Assembly (NCBI GenBank): GCA_001816915.1
Contig: MHCL01000023.1
Coordinates: 1 to 51,123, forward strand
Reading direction: 5' to 3'
Source of the DNA: Candidatus Chisholmbacteria bacterium RIFCSPLOWO2_01_FULL_49_14
Lineage (GTDB): Bacteria > Patescibacteriota > Microgenomatia > UBA1400 > Chisholmbacteraceae
Length of the DNA stretch: 51,123 bases
Positions within the stretch are counted from its first letter, which is position 1. Every line of letters starts with the position of its first letter. A program made the translations under genes and the position numbers. The notes beneath the pieces were generated by a model. That model did not search any database and was not told the DNA's origin. It was given only the letters and a program-made list of their open reading frames with translations. Positions 17,728 to 27,022 of the stretch are shown piece by piece.

Positions 17728-18237
17728 TTATTCCTTACTCCTTCTTTCGATTCCGAATTCTTTGAGCATTTGGTCCAACACTTCCAGGAATTTTTCGGTA
17801 TCCATCGGGCAGCCGGGAACGATGGCATCAACCGGGACGACTTCATCAAGCTTTAAAACTTTGTCTGCATAGCGGAAGCGGTCAAGGATCGGTTGAATTT
17901 CCTCCTTGGTAGCTTGGTCAAAAAGGTTTCGTTGTGCGGAGGGAAATCCGGTGACGGCGCAGGAACCGATGGCGACCAACTTTTTGGAGACGGAGCGGAT
18001 TTTTTTGAGCTTCTCTGCCTGTAGGACACTGGAGATCGCCCCTTCCACGAAGGCCACATCGAGGGAATCGAGGCTGTTTTTTGTCTTGAGCACTTTGGCG
18101 TGCCGAATGTCCAGAAGTTCCTTCCACTCAAAGAAGTGATCATTCATAAGCTCCGTCATCATGATTGTCGAGTCTTCGCAACAGGTGAAAGAGAACCAGC
18201 CGATTCGAAGCTTTTTTTTCGCTTGCGCTTTTGCCAT
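17728..18237 (-). CDS. NiFe-hydrogenase small subunit, short form (Oxidored_q6 domain only)
   Basis: IGWFSFTCCEDS, VAFVEGAI, VAIGSCA..G, VDAIVPGCP. About 169 aa. Confidence 0.88.
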   Translation of the reverse strand: MAKAQAKKKLRIGWFSFTCCEDSTIMMTELMNDHFFEWKELLDIRHAKVLKTKNSLDSLDVAFVEGAISSVLQAEKLKKIRSVSKKLVAIGSCAVTGFPSAQRNLFDQATKEEIQPILDRFRYADKVLKLDEVVPVDAIVPGCPMDTEKFLEVLDQMLKEFGIERRSKE

Positions 18238-18244
18238 GTCGGAA

Positions 18245-18475
18245 TTACGAGCTCTTACGGGATTTGAGAAACCCGAATTTGTGTTTGGCAATGAGGAAGA
18301 TGTAAATGATGTCTAAGATGCCGATGGTCTGGACGAGCAGAAGCAGAACAAACCAAATTTTTTCTTCCCTTCTGGCTGCGGTCCACAGCGCCAATCCTTT
18401 CCAGGGAATGCTCCAGAGTTGAAGCAGTAAAAACAGCCAGGGGTACTGGGTAAAGAATTGCTCAAGGCTATCCAT
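18245..18475 (-). CDS. DUF5652-like small membrane protein
   Basis: WSIPWKGLALW.AAR...KIWF..LL...T.GIL.IIYIF. Confidence 0.82.
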   Translation of the reverse strand: MDSLEQFFTQYPWLFLLLQLWSIPWKGLALWTAARREEKIWFVLLLLVQTIGILDIIYIFLIAKHKFGFLKSRKSS

Positions 18476-19419
18476 TATGACATTCCCTCTTTACCGCGGT
18501 GAGACTTGGATATGCGGCGTTTCAGATAGATGATGAGGCCGAGCGCCGGGGCCCAGATTACGGAGTACACGGCCAGCCAAATCACGGCTTTGGCGATCCC
18601 CCGAAGATTCGTGACGAGTGAGCGCCAGGCGAGTTTGGCAATCACTGCAGGCCGGAAGGTCTCCGACGGCGTATACGGAAGGGCAATTTCGTCGGTTGAC
18701 ATATTAATCGTCACCCTTGAAAGTTTTGCCGTCCCTTCGAGATACTGCTGTCGGCCTTTGAGCGCATCTATTTGACTTTGCAGATTAATGATCTCTCGCT
18801 GTACCCTGAGGATGTCGTCAATTTCGACTGCCCTAGCCATAATCTCTTCAAATCTTGTCTTGGTGGTTTGCAGAGTTTTCAGACTGGCTTCGAGGTCCAC
18901 GTATTCGTCCGTGACGTCGGTTCCAGAAACATATTCCGACGAAACTTTGATCGCCAGCGAGCGGAAATAGTCCAAGGTCTGCGAGAGTTTCTCGGACGGG
19001 ATGCGGACAATAATGGTAGCGTAGGGCGCCTCCTCCGGCTGGGTGATGAACGAACTGACCATGTATCCGCCTTGATCTTTCGTAAAGCCCGTGATCTTAT
19101 CGCTCGTATCCCGCACGTTTCCCACGAGCAGTGAAAGATTGGTTTCCGTAACCACCAAGCGCTCATCGCCGGTCGTGGGCGGAGATTCCCTGGTGATCGG
19201 TGGAACGATCCCAATGTCGGGGGCCATCATCATTTCCGCAGACGCTCCATCGTAGGCAGGATTGGACACGGAACCCATTCCCGTGTATTGAAGTGATGAT
19301 GATTTCAATTGAGACAGCGGAGTGATACCCGCGAGGTTTTTCCACAACAGGTAGAAGACGACGAGCGTCATGAACGCGGCGAGTTTGTTGTTTTTGATCC
19401 AGGTAATCAGTCTTCCCAT
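18475..19419 (-). CDS. DUF4349-like protein
   Basis: N-terminal TM, GGYM, IVRIP, DVTDEYVDLEA, coiled coil, C-terminal TM. Confidence 0.85.
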   Translation of the reverse strand: MGRLITWIKNNKLAAFMTLVVFYLLWKNLAGITPLSQLKSSSLQYTGMGSVSNPAYDGASAEMMMAPDIGIVPPITRESPPTTGDERLVVTETNLSLLVGNVRDTSDKITGFTKDQGGYMVSSFITQPEEAPYATIIVRIPSEKLSQTLDYFRSLAIKVSSEYVSGTDVTDEYVDLEASLKTLQTTKTRFEEIMARAVEIDDILRVQREIINLQSQIDALKGRQQYLEGTAKLSRVTINMSTDEIALPYTPSETFRPAVIAKLAWRSLVTNLRGIAKAVIWLAVYSVIWAPALGLIIYLKRRISKSHRGKEGMS

Positions 19420-19423
19420 TATT

Positions 19424-20020
19424 TTACCTTCCCCTTCCGTATTTGCCGATAAGCTGGGTTTGGGCAATGATATGGCCTTCCATGGCTTTCTCAAGTAGCG
19501 GTTGGTTGGCGCCTTTTCTTAATTCCAAGAGCGCGTCCAAGGCATACAATTTGAAAAAATATCGGTGTTCGACACCCGGAGGAGGACACGGACCTCCCCA
19601 GGATTCATTGCCGAAATCGTTGGTTCCAACCTGAGAGCTGGGCGGAACCGAGTTTTCCGGCAATTCGTCAAATTGCGGAGGAATATTATAGAGCAGCCAG
19701 TGCACCCAGTTCCCCGACGGCGCATCCGGATCTTCCACGATTAATGCCAAACTCTGCGTCCCTTCCGGTATGTCTTGGATGGAAAGCGGCGGATTCAGGT
19801 TTTCTCCGTCGCAGGTATAGCGCTTCGGAACCCATTCACCCTCCCCGAAGGCGTTGCTTCTCAACGTCATGGTTGTCATCGTGTTCTCCCCGCTTTTTCC
19901 TGTGGAAACTTCTCTTTGCTCTACTGCGGTAGGTAGAATTCCCTTACGGGAACATGCAGAAAAAAGCATAGCAGAAAGCATAAGGAGTGTTAAGCGGGAT
20001 AGGTTTTTATTATTTGACAT
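19424..20020 (-). CDS. YbhB/YbcL (PEBP) family lipoprotein
   Basis: Lipobox LFSAC. YTCDGEN.NPPL, EDPDAP, VHW, GPCPP, HRYFF.LYALD. Confidence 0.92.
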   Translation of the reverse strand: MSNNKNLSRLTLLMLSAMLFSACSRKGILPTAVEQREVSTGKSGENTMTTMTLRSNAFGEGEWVPKRYTCDGENLNPPLSIQDIPEGTQSLALIVEDPDAPSGNWVHWLLYNIPPQFDELPENSVPPSSQVGTNDFGNESWGGPCPPPGVEHRYFFKLYALDALLELRKGANQPLLEKAMEGHIIAQTQLIGKYGRGR

Positions 20021-20040
20021 TGTAATTGCTCGAAATTGAC

Positions 20041-20694
20041 TCATGAAGCGGACCGGTACAAACAATAGGCACAGCTTGAGTGCGCCTGCGGCTCCGGCCC
20101 TTCAAGAAGGCTTTTGACCTCCTGCAAGATGTTCATTCCTTGTCTCCAATCACTGTTCATTTTCACGATCTGCGGGTGAAATGTGGCCTTACAAACTGCA
20201 TATTCCGTCGGGTGGATAAAAAACAGATAGCCGTAGTCGGCGGGAGGCAGATTATTTTTTTCCAATAGAAGCGCATAGAGATTCACTTGGTCCTGATAGT
20301 GTTCGTGGGTATCCGCTTTAACCGGATAACCGCGGGTTTTGAAATCAAAGACTACATGCTGACCCTGTTTATTGACAAGCAACTCGTCGATTGCACCTTT
20401 GAGCCTCATATCAAGTTCGGGAAATTCGGCAACCAAGCCGTGAAAGATTTGCCTCATCTTCTTGAGCTTCGTAAAATCCGGGTAGAGCGCATCGGTTATT
20501 TTTCCTTTCAATTCAGGAGGGAGCTCTCCGCGCAGACGATAGGCATCGAAGTATTTCTTGAGCACCTCATCCATGCCACTCGGCAGACTGGGAAAAATGC
20601 CTTTCGGCCGCGAGACTCCTTCCCGATAGTACAGCCAAAGACAGCGGGGACATTCTCGCAGGTAGCTTATTCCGGAAGGTGAGACCTTATACAT
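20041..20694 (-). CDS. PD-(D/E)xK nuclease family protein (Cas4/RecB-like, stand-alone)
   Basis: SPS...CPRC, GAIDELL, VFDFKT, QVNLYA, C-terminal CAYC. Confidence 0.85.
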   Translation of the reverse strand: MYKVSPSGISYLRECPRCLWLYYREGVSRPKGIFPSLPSGMDEVLKKYFDAYRLRGELPPELKGKITDALYPDFTKLKKMRQIFHGLVAEFPELDMRLKGAIDELLVNKQGQHVVFDFKTRGYPVKADTHEHYQDQVNLYALLLEKNNLPPADYGYLFFIHPTEYAVCKATFHPQIVKMNSDWRQGMNILQEVKSLLEGPEPQAHSSCAYCLYRSAS

Positions 20695-20740
20695 GTTTAC
20701 GGCTATTGTAGCATCGGCCGATCATGTTGGAGCCGAGATT

Positions 20741-21349
20741 CTATTTCATCGCGTCTGCAAACCGTTTTTCCACTTCCAGCCAATTGACGACATTCCACCA
20801 AGCGGTAACGTAATCGGCCCGGCGATTCTGATATTTCAGGTAGTAGGCGTGTTCCCACACGTCAAGTCCCAGGATCGGCGTTTTTCCTTCGCTGACGGGT
20901 GAATCCTGATTCGGCGTGTCACCGATAACCAACTTTGCGTCGTCAACGACGAGCCATGCCCAACCGCTTCCGAATCTTCCCAAAGCCGACTGGGTGAACT
21001 TTTCCTTGAATGTCTCAACGCTGCCGAAAGCGCCGATCAGCGCCTTCAATAACTTGCCTTCCGGCTGGCTCCCCTGGCTTGGACCTAGAACCATCCAAAA
21101 CAACGAATGGTTGGCGTGACCGCCTCCGTTATTGCGTACTTTGGTACGAATATCTTCGGGAATTGTATCGAGATCTTTCAGGAGTTTATTGATATCCGTA
21201 CGCAACAGATCTTCATGGCCTTCGAGAATAGCATTGAGATTTGAGACATATCCCGCATGATGTTTGTCATGATGGATATGCATGGTCTGTTCATCGATAT
21301 GCGGCTCAAGCGCCGAATAATCATAGGGTAAATCTGGAAGAGTAAACAT
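20741..21349 (-). CDS. sodA: Superoxide dismutase (Mn/Fe; Mn-type signature)
   Basis: [50 protein letters not shown]. Confidence 0.96.
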   Translation of the reverse strand: MFTLPDLPYDYSALEPHIDEQTMHIHHDKHHAGYVSNLNAILEGHEDLLRTDINKLLKDLDTIPEDIRTKVRNNGGGHANHSLFWMVLGPSQGSQPEGKLLKALIGAFGSVETFKEKFTQSALGRFGSGWAWLVVDDAKLVIGDTPNQDSPVSEGKTPILGLDVWEHAYYLKYQNRRADYVTAWWNVVNWLEVEKRFADAMK

Positions 21350-21363
21350 ATTCTCACCTCCCC

Positions 21364-21432
21364 TCCCAGTTAGATAACGCGAAGCGAATCTAACGGGATC
21401 CCGTGAGATGCCCTCGGGCTATCTCACTGGGA
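21364..21432. repeat. REP/BIME-like pair of palindromes (family also at 25549)
   Basis: TCCCAGTTAGAT..ATCTAACGGGA followed by TCCCGTGAGAT..ATCTCACTGGGA. Confidence 0.8.
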
Positions 21433-21539
21433 CCTTTCTCTTATTTTCTTTTTCCATCGCGTCTGCATTGTAGTGCAGACTTCTCAACTCCACAAGAGCG
21501 CATTTATACTTTAGAGTACGATGAGTTTATAATTCCGGT

Positions 21540-21971
21540 ATGGGTGTTGTTTTATTGGTGCTGCAAGTCATCCTGTTTTTCGTTCTGTTTCTGATGAGCA
21601 ATCTCTATTTGCTCCTGAGCGTTCCAATCCTCCTTCTTGTGCTTTTTCTGGGTCTTGCAATCGGAGGAATGGGAATCATGCATATCGGCAAGGCATCCTA
21701 TTCCCCATTTCCAAATCCGACAAAGAAAAATTCACTCTCGCGGAGGGGCATTTACAAGTACATCCGCCATCCGATGTACGCGGGATTGATGCTGGTCGGA
21801 CTGGCACTTCTACTATCGAGGTTCTCTCCTTTAGCTCTGGTGTTTTTTCTTCTCTTCGCTTCAGCAACCTTCGTGAAGGCAAAACTCGAGGAGACACTGA
21901 TGGAACGAATGCATCCGAAATACCGAGACTATAAACGGCAGGTGAAGATGTTCATCCCTTATCTCTTCTGA
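21540..21971 (+). CDS. Isoprenylcysteine carboxylmethyltransferase (ICMT/PEMT) family membrane protein
   Basis: GIYKYIRHPMYAG, EE..M, Y..YK..V..FIP. Confidence 0.88.
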   Translation: MGVVLLVLQVILFFVLFLMSNLYLLLSVPILLLVLFLGLAIGGMGIMHIGKASYSPFPNPTKKNSLSRRGIYKYIRHPMYAGLMLVGLALLLSRFSPLALVFFLLFASATFVKAKLEETLMERMHPKYRDYKRQVKMFIPYLF

Positions 21972-22003
21972 TCCGGAATATTTCTTCTGTACAGTTCCTG
22001 AGT

Positions 22004-22711
22004 TCAGTAAACTTCCAGTGCATCTCCGGATGAGAGGCGGGTTTTCGCATTTGCAAGTTTGAGGATTTCCTGAGCGATGTTTTCGGGGGGTAAACCGATC
22101 TTCCTTCCCGAATACTTTTCCTGCATGTCGGTCGCAACGTTGCCGGGACAAAGGGCGAAGACAGCAATATTCGTCTTATTGAGTTCTTGCGCCAGACTTT
22201 CCGTGAAACCCACGACCGCGAATTTGGTGGCGCTATACGTGGCTATTCCGGAACTTCCGTGCTTTCCGGCCCCGGAGGAAATATTGATGATCACTCCCTT
22301 TTTTTGGCGCAGCATTTCGGGGAGAACGGCGCGCGTCGTGAAGAGCATGCCTTTGAGATTGACGTCAACTTCCTCGTTGATGCTGCGCACATCCTGGCGC
22401 TGAAAATCCCCGAACCAAAGTACACCCGCATTGTTCACCAGGACATCGATCCGAGAAAATCGTTTAAGCGTCTCCGCGACAAACTTCTTGAGTTGCCCAT
22501 ATTCCCTGACATCGGCGGCCATCGTAAACAGGTCACCGAATATTTTTAATTCCTCCTCCGCTTGTTTGACGTTGGTTTGGCTTCTGCCGCAAAAAGCGAC
22601 TTTAAAACCGGCTATGAGAAATGCCTTTGCCGTCTCAAATCCGATTCCCCGTGATCCGCCGGTGATCATCACGACTCGATGTGTTTGCGATGTCTCGTCT
22701 TTAGAAACCAT
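22004..22711 (-). CDS. Short-chain dehydrogenase/reductase
   Basis: TGGSRGIG, DVLVNNAG, YSATK. Confidence 0.95.
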   Translation of the reverse strand: MVSKDETSQTHRVVMITGGSRGIGFETAKAFLIAGFKVAFCGRSQTNVKQAEEELKIFGDLFTMAADVREYGQLKKFVAETLKRFSRIDVLVNNAGVLWFGDFQRQDVRSINEEVDVNLKGMLFTTRAVLPEMLRQKKGVIINISSGAGKHGSSGIATYSATKFAVVGFTESLAQELNKTNIAVFALCPGNVATDMQEKYSGRKIGLPPENIAQEILKLANAKTRLSSGDALEVY

Positions 22712-22772
22712 TTTTATTCTTGTTTAAGAGAACAAACGATCTCACTATATCACATCCAAAATATTCCCTTTT

Positions 22773-23183
22773 TTAATCCTCTTTGAGATGAGAGACCAAC
22801 ACGGCTCGCTCACGCGGGCCGCTCAACTCGACAAGCACAACCCGTTGCCAAGTTCCCAAGATGAAAGAACCGTCTTGAATGGGAATCGTCAGCGAAGAAC
22901 CGATGATCGAACTCATGATATGTTCACCGACGTGGGAGGGATCATGCGGGTGACGGTACTTGAGCTTGGGGATCATTTCCTCAAACGCATCGAGCATATC
23001 CAAATCGGTGCCGGGATCAAGATCTGCCGTGGTCAGCGCACAGGTGGTGTGAAGAACATGAAGGGCACACAATCCGTCACGCCAACCTTGTTTTCGGATC
23101 AAGCCGTTCACTGTTCCTGTGATGTCAATAACCTGTTTGTTGCGTGAACTCTTTATGAAGATTTTGGGCATTATTTTTACCAT
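22773..23183 (-). CDS. YjbQ family (secondary thiamine-phosphate synthase) protein
   Basis: DIT, HTTCAL, Y.H, HI.SS..G, LGTWQ...LVE..GPR.R. Confidence 0.9.
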   Translation of the reverse strand: MVKIMPKIFIKSSRNKQVIDITGTVNGLIRKQGWRDGLCALHVLHTTCALTTADLDPGTDLDMLDAFEEMIPKLKYRHPHDPSHVGEHIMSSIIGSSLTIPIQDGSFILGTWQRVVLVELSGPRERAVLVSHLKED

Positions 23184-23626
23184 TACTCCTGAAGTTTTTT
23201 CAAATCTTTCAAAATAATCCGGGCATGGGATACGGGATCAACGCTTCGGTAGATTTTGGCGATCTTTCCATGAGGATCAATAAGAAAGGTGAAGCGCCGA
23301 GTGAGAATTATCGCTTGCGCGCCGTAACTTCTGCTGATTATTTTCTCCTCGTCTGCGAGCAAGGTGAACGGAAGAATCAATTTTGCCGCAAATTTGGCGT
23401 GACTTTCCTGGGAATCGGCACTTACACCCACAACCGCTGCGAGTCTCTTGAGCACCTCGTATTTGTCGCGAAACCCGCAGGCTTCCTTGGTGCAGCCCGA
23501 GGTAAAATCTTTCGGGTAGAAATAGAGCACCAGCCACTTTCCCTTGAATTGGGAGAGCGAAGTGATCGTTCCATTCTGGTCGGCAGCGGAAAATGGAGGC
23601 GCCGCGTCGCCTTCACCAAGCGTCAT
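23183..23626 (-). CDS. bcp: Peroxiredoxin, BCP type
   Basis: LYFYPKDFTSGCTKEACGFRD, GVSAD, R.TFLID..G.I. Confidence 0.92.
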   Translation of the reverse strand: MTLGEGDAAPPFSAADQNGTITSLSQFKGKWLVLYFYPKDFTSGCTKEACGFRDKYEVLKRLAAVVGVSADSQESHAKFAAKLILPFTLLADEEKIISRSYGAQAIILTRRFTFLIDPHGKIAKIYRSVDPVSHARIILKDLKKLQE

Positions 23627-23687
23627 AGCAATAGGGTTATTATAACGGGATGGTTGTCCACCTCAACAGCGGAGTTTTATGTCAAAT

Positions 23688-23720
23688 AGCCCAGGGCAAA
23701 GCGAAGCTTTAACCTGGGCT
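23688..23720. repeat. Palindrome, possible terminator or REP
   Basis: AGCCCAGG-GC-AAAGC-GAA-GCTTT-AA-CCTGGGCT. Confidence 0.55.
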
Positions 23721-23752
23721 TTATGTACCGATAAATACCATGGGAATGAAGA

Positions 23753-24283
23753 TTATGATCCCGCTGCGTTGGTAAGAAAGTTTTCAACAATAACTTTGAG
23801 TTCCGGAGAAATTTTTAAGGTGTTGAGCGTTGTTTGAAAAAACCGCCGATTGAGGGTGAACCATCTTCCTTCCTCGATTTCCTCTTTATTTAGGCTCACC
23901 TGACCAGCATAGACGGCTTTAAAGAATGTTTCGAATTCGGTTTCATTGGGGTAGCGGATGAGTTTTTTCCCGAGGAGTTTGAGTGGCGGAACTTTTTTTA
24001 TTCCCAGCTCTTCTGTAAGTTCCATCGCGGCGGCCTGGCGATAGGTTTTGCCGCTTGGAACATGACCGCTTGCCGAGATCGTCCAATATCCGGGGTAGGT
24101 ATCTTTAGTCCTGCTTCTTTTCTGCAAAAAAAGCTGCCTCTTCGGGTTATAAACGAGAATGGCCACCGCGCGATGGATGAGCTTCGGGTTCCGGTTGGCC
24201 TCCCGCCTTTTTACCGTGCCGATGACTCGGTCTTGGTCATCGACCAGGTCAAACAATTCATTTCTGGGATCCGTTGTGTGCAT
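23753..24283 (-). CDS. NUDIX hydrolase (YfcD / IPP isomerase-like)
   Basis: LVDDQD.VIG, HRAV, LQKRS..KD.YPG.W, SGHV..G.....AA..EL.EELGI. Confidence 0.88.
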   Translation of the reverse strand: MHTTDPRNELFDLVDDQDRVIGTVKRREANRNPKLIHRAVAILVYNPKRQLFLQKRSRTKDTYPGYWTISASGHVPSGKTYRQAAAMELTEELGIKKVPPLKLLGKKLIRYPNETEFETFFKAVYAGQVSLNKEEIEEGRWFTLNRRFFQTTLNTLKISPELKVIVENFLTNAAGS

Positions 24284-24321
24284 GAATCAATGTTTGATGA
24301 TTCATGACTGATTACTAATAG

Positions 24322-24954
24322 TTAATGGGTTGTGTGATATGGGAGTTCGGCGGCGACAGTGGTTTCCAGGCCATGACCGCAGTAAAGGATTGTTTTCTCG
24401 GGAAGCCGCAGTATTCTTTCTATAGAGATATCGAGTTCCCTCTGGTTGCTGTAGGAGAAATCTGTTCGACCGACGCCTCCGCCGGCGAAGAGGAGATCGC
24501 CGACCCAAACAAACCCTGCTTTTTTGTCATAGAGGCTGATGCTGCCTGGTGTGTGGCCCGGGGTTTCGATGATCTCTATTCGAGATTTACCGACATTTAG
24601 CTTGCTGCCTTTTTCGAGATTTGCGCTGATCCTGGGTGACGGACCCGCCTTTACCCCGATAAAGTGCTCGGCTGTTTCATTCATGCGTTTAATGAGAAAT
24701 TCGTCTTTTTGGTGAATGAGAAAGGGGATGTTGTAGGCCAGCTGAAGTTCGGCTGCGGCCATGATGTGGTCGAAGTGGCCGTGGGTGGCGATGATCTGTG
24801 TCGGGGTAACTTTCTCGTCGGCGATAACCCTTGTAATATAGTCTGCGTCGTCGCCGGGATCGATGATGGACGCTTCTTTCTTTTCTGAATCAAAGATCAG
24901 ATAGCAGTTGGCCTGCAGCTGACCGACGACAATGGTTTTAACTCTTAGGCTCAT
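24322..24954 (-). CDS. Metallo-beta-lactamase fold hydrolase (glyoxalase II-like)
   Basis: IIDPG, THGHFDH, TPGHTPGS, GD.LF, GRTD, GHG. Confidence 0.93.
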   Translation of the reverse strand: MSLRVKTIVVGQLQANCYLIFDSEKKEASIIDPGDDADYITRVIADEKVTPTQIIATHGHFDHIMAAAELQLAYNIPFLIHQKDEFLIKRMNETAEHFIGVKAGPSPRISANLEKGSKLNVGKSRIEIIETPGHTPGSISLYDKKAGFVWVGDLLFAGGGVGRTDFSYSNQRELDISIERILRLPEKTILYCGHGLETTVAAELPYHTTH

Positions 24955-25535
24955 TCCTCCGCACCCAAATCGATACTGATGGTCATGGACGAACCGTCTT
25001 CCGTTTCGGTGATGGCAATCACGCCGCTTTGCTCACCATTTTCGAAACTCAGGACTGCGGCGTTTGATAAACTTGATTCTTCCGTAATTTTCCAACCCGC
25101 TTCAATCAGATTCTTTTTATAATAGTCGGCGATCGCGGTAAAAGAATCTTGGCTGGTGAGCGACAGCGATATGACTTGCGCGCTTGAGGCGCTGGTTTCG
25201 ATTTCGGATCCGGGATATAAAGGGATATTATCGGGAAAATTTTCCGGAACTTCCTGCTTCCCGGCGGTAAAGGTGCCTTCCTCCGTCTTCACTGTGACTT
25301 CCTCTCCCTCACCGGAAATGTCGACATCCGCACCTGTTGACTGCTCAATGGCCTTCTCCGCGACTTGCTGGGCTACTTTGGAACCAGCAAGCCCGATCAG
25401 TTTGGTCGCGGCAAAAGACAAGAGGAGAATACCAATTACCACCGAAACCAGGATGATTAAGGTGTTCCCACTCTTTTTCCGGCCGGCTTCAATTTTTACT
25501 TCCTCTTTGATCTGCTCTTTTTCTTCTTCCGGCAT
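24951..25535 (-). CDS. Membrane-anchored hypothetical protein
   Basis: GGAGGTGAG SD, single TM, extracytoplasmic domain with PENFP..IP.YPGS and YYK..L...GW. Confidence 0.8.
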   Translation of the reverse strand: MPEEEKEQIKEEVKIEAGRKKSGNTLIILVSVVIGILLLSFAATKLIGLAGSKVAQQVAEKAIEQSTGADVDISGEGEEVTVKTEEGTFTAGKQEVPENFPDNIPLYPGSEIETSASSAQVISLSLTSQDSFTAIADYYKKNLIEAGWKITEESSLSNAAVLSFENGEQSGVIAITETEDGSSMTISIDLGAEE

Positions 25536-25548
25536 TATTCTCACCTCC

Positions 25549-25655
25549 TCCCAGTGAAGTAACGCTTCGCGTACTTCACGGGATCCCGTGAGATACATAG
25601 TTATCTCACCGTGACCCAATCCCCGTGAGATGCCCGACGGGCTAACTCACCGGGA
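25549..25655. repeat. REP/BIME-like triple palindrome (same family as 21364)
   Basis: Units at 25549-25583, 25584-25614 and 25621-25655, each CCCGTGAGAT...ATCTCAC.GGGA-like. Confidence 0.8.
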
Positions 25656-25770
25656 CATATTGTCAAACCTTGAGGCATTCTAACACAATTTTCACACCTG
25701 ATGCGTTCATCAAAATACGATAAGTTCAGCGGGATTTGTTCTCAAGTTTGCGCTACACTACTCTTGCCGT

Positions 25771-26595
25771 ATGAATATCGTCATCGATGTCGGTGGAACA
25801 ACTACGCGGATGGCTTCTTCAAAGGATGGAAGGACGTTCTTGCACAAGGAGCGCTTCCCTTCAGAGAAGAACTTTGAGAAGGGAATTACCCTACTCACCG
25901 CATCGATCAAAAAAATCTTGGCAGGAGAGCAACCTTCTCAAATCGTCATCGGAATCCCGGGAACCATCGATCACAAGACACAGCTTCCACTCGTTATTCC
26001 TCATCTGCCTGGGTGGAATAAACGGGATGTAATTAAGGCTCTCTCACAAGAGTTTCACTGTGCGATTTCTTTAGCCCATGATGCGGAATTAGGAGCTTTA
26101 GGCGAAGCTTATTTCGGTGCCGGGAAAGGATACCGGATTGTCGGATATCTCGCCGTTGGTACCGGAATCGGAGGGGCGTTGGTGATTGACTGCGAGCTTC
26201 TTCCATCCGTGTACGGACGCGAACCCGGGCATATGAATTTTGATCTCACGGGTAAGCCGCATCCCGGATCGGGACAACGCGGGGATTGGGAGCTTTACGC
26301 TTCCGGATCGACTTTTCAGGAGTTGTATGGCGCGGATCCGAAGACGTGTACGGACCCGAAGATTTGGGAGCGTTTTGCCCAGCGTTTCGGGCAGGGCGTC
26401 GTCAACACGATCCTGCTCTGGTCTCCGGAAATCATGATTATCGGAGGGGGTATGGCTAACGCCGGAGAACTACTCTTTACCCCGCTCGTGCGGTTCGTTT
26501 CCAAACGCTTGAAGGTGTTTCCGCCCCCGCCGATTCGTCAAGCCATGCTCGGAGATGACGCGGGACTGTACGGGGGGTTGGCTCTCCTCAAGTAA
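25771..26595 (+). CDS. ROK family sugar kinase
   Basis: IDVGGT, IGIPG, HDAELGALGE..FGAG, GTGIGG, EPGH, E.YASG, IGGG, DAGLYG. Confidence 0.92.
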   Translation: MNIVIDVGGTTTRMASSKDGRTFLHKERFPSEKNFEKGITLLTASIKKILAGEQPSQIVIGIPGTIDHKTQLPLVIPHLPGWNKRDVIKALSQEFHCAISLAHDAELGALGEAYFGAGKGYRIVGYLAVGTGIGGALVIDCELLPSVYGREPGHMNFDLTGKPHPGSGQRGDWELYASGSTFQELYGADPKTCTDPKIWERFAQRFGQGVVNTILLWSPEIMIIGGGMANAGELLFTPLVRFVSKRLKVFPPPPIRQAMLGDDAGLYGGLALLK

Positions 26596-26675
26596 TTGCA
26601 GGTCGGACCTGCAAGCGGTTGGATATATCAGGGAATTCGGAGTTGCTTGAGGGGATTGCAGGTCGGACCTGTAAT
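26596..26675. repeat. Two REP-like palindromes TTGCAGGTCGGACCTGYAA
   Basis: Copies at 26596-26614 and 26656-26674 (60-nt period) between convergent genes. Confidence 0.85.
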
Positions 26676-26688
26676 TGATGTTCTTCGA

Positions 26689-27018
26689 TCAGCTGAAGTC
26701 AGCACCAGATTCGTCGTGTCTTCCGTCACTGGCTATGCTCGTGTCTTCTCCAACAATTCGAGAACCACGTCGTTTACCTTTATAATTACGTCTGGTCTTG
26801 TCTGGATAAAGATCTTCTATGGAAATACCAAAGGCTCGTTCTATTGCTTCTTCATCCGGCAATCCGGCTTCAGGAATAGGAATGCCTCTTTGCTCAGCTA
26901 ATCTTTGCTCAATTTCCTCAGCGGTGATACCGGACGCATCAGCCAGTGTCGGGATAAACCTCCTCTTTGAGGTATACATGCGCCATCTGGTTTCGCCTTC
27001 CAGTGTTTGTCCTGACAT
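26689..27018 (-). CDS. Hypothetical protein
   Basis: 109-aa ORF starting 5 nt after the lon stop. Confidence 0.55.
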   Translation of the reverse strand: MSGQTLEGETRWRMYTSKRRFIPTLADASGITAEEIEQRLAEQRGIPIPEAGLPDEEAIERAFGISIEDLYPDKTRRNYKGKRRGSRIVGEDTSIASDGRHDESGADFS

Positions 27019-27022
27019 ATGA

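Noticed and set aside
20041..20694. Cas4-like nuclease as evidence for CRISPR-Cas
   Set aside because: No cas1, cas2, effector genes or repeat-spacer array in the window. It sits among housekeeping genes.
26596..26675. Mini CRISPR array
   Set aside because: Only two 19-bp near-perfect palindromes, too short for CRISPR repeats. REP-like instead.
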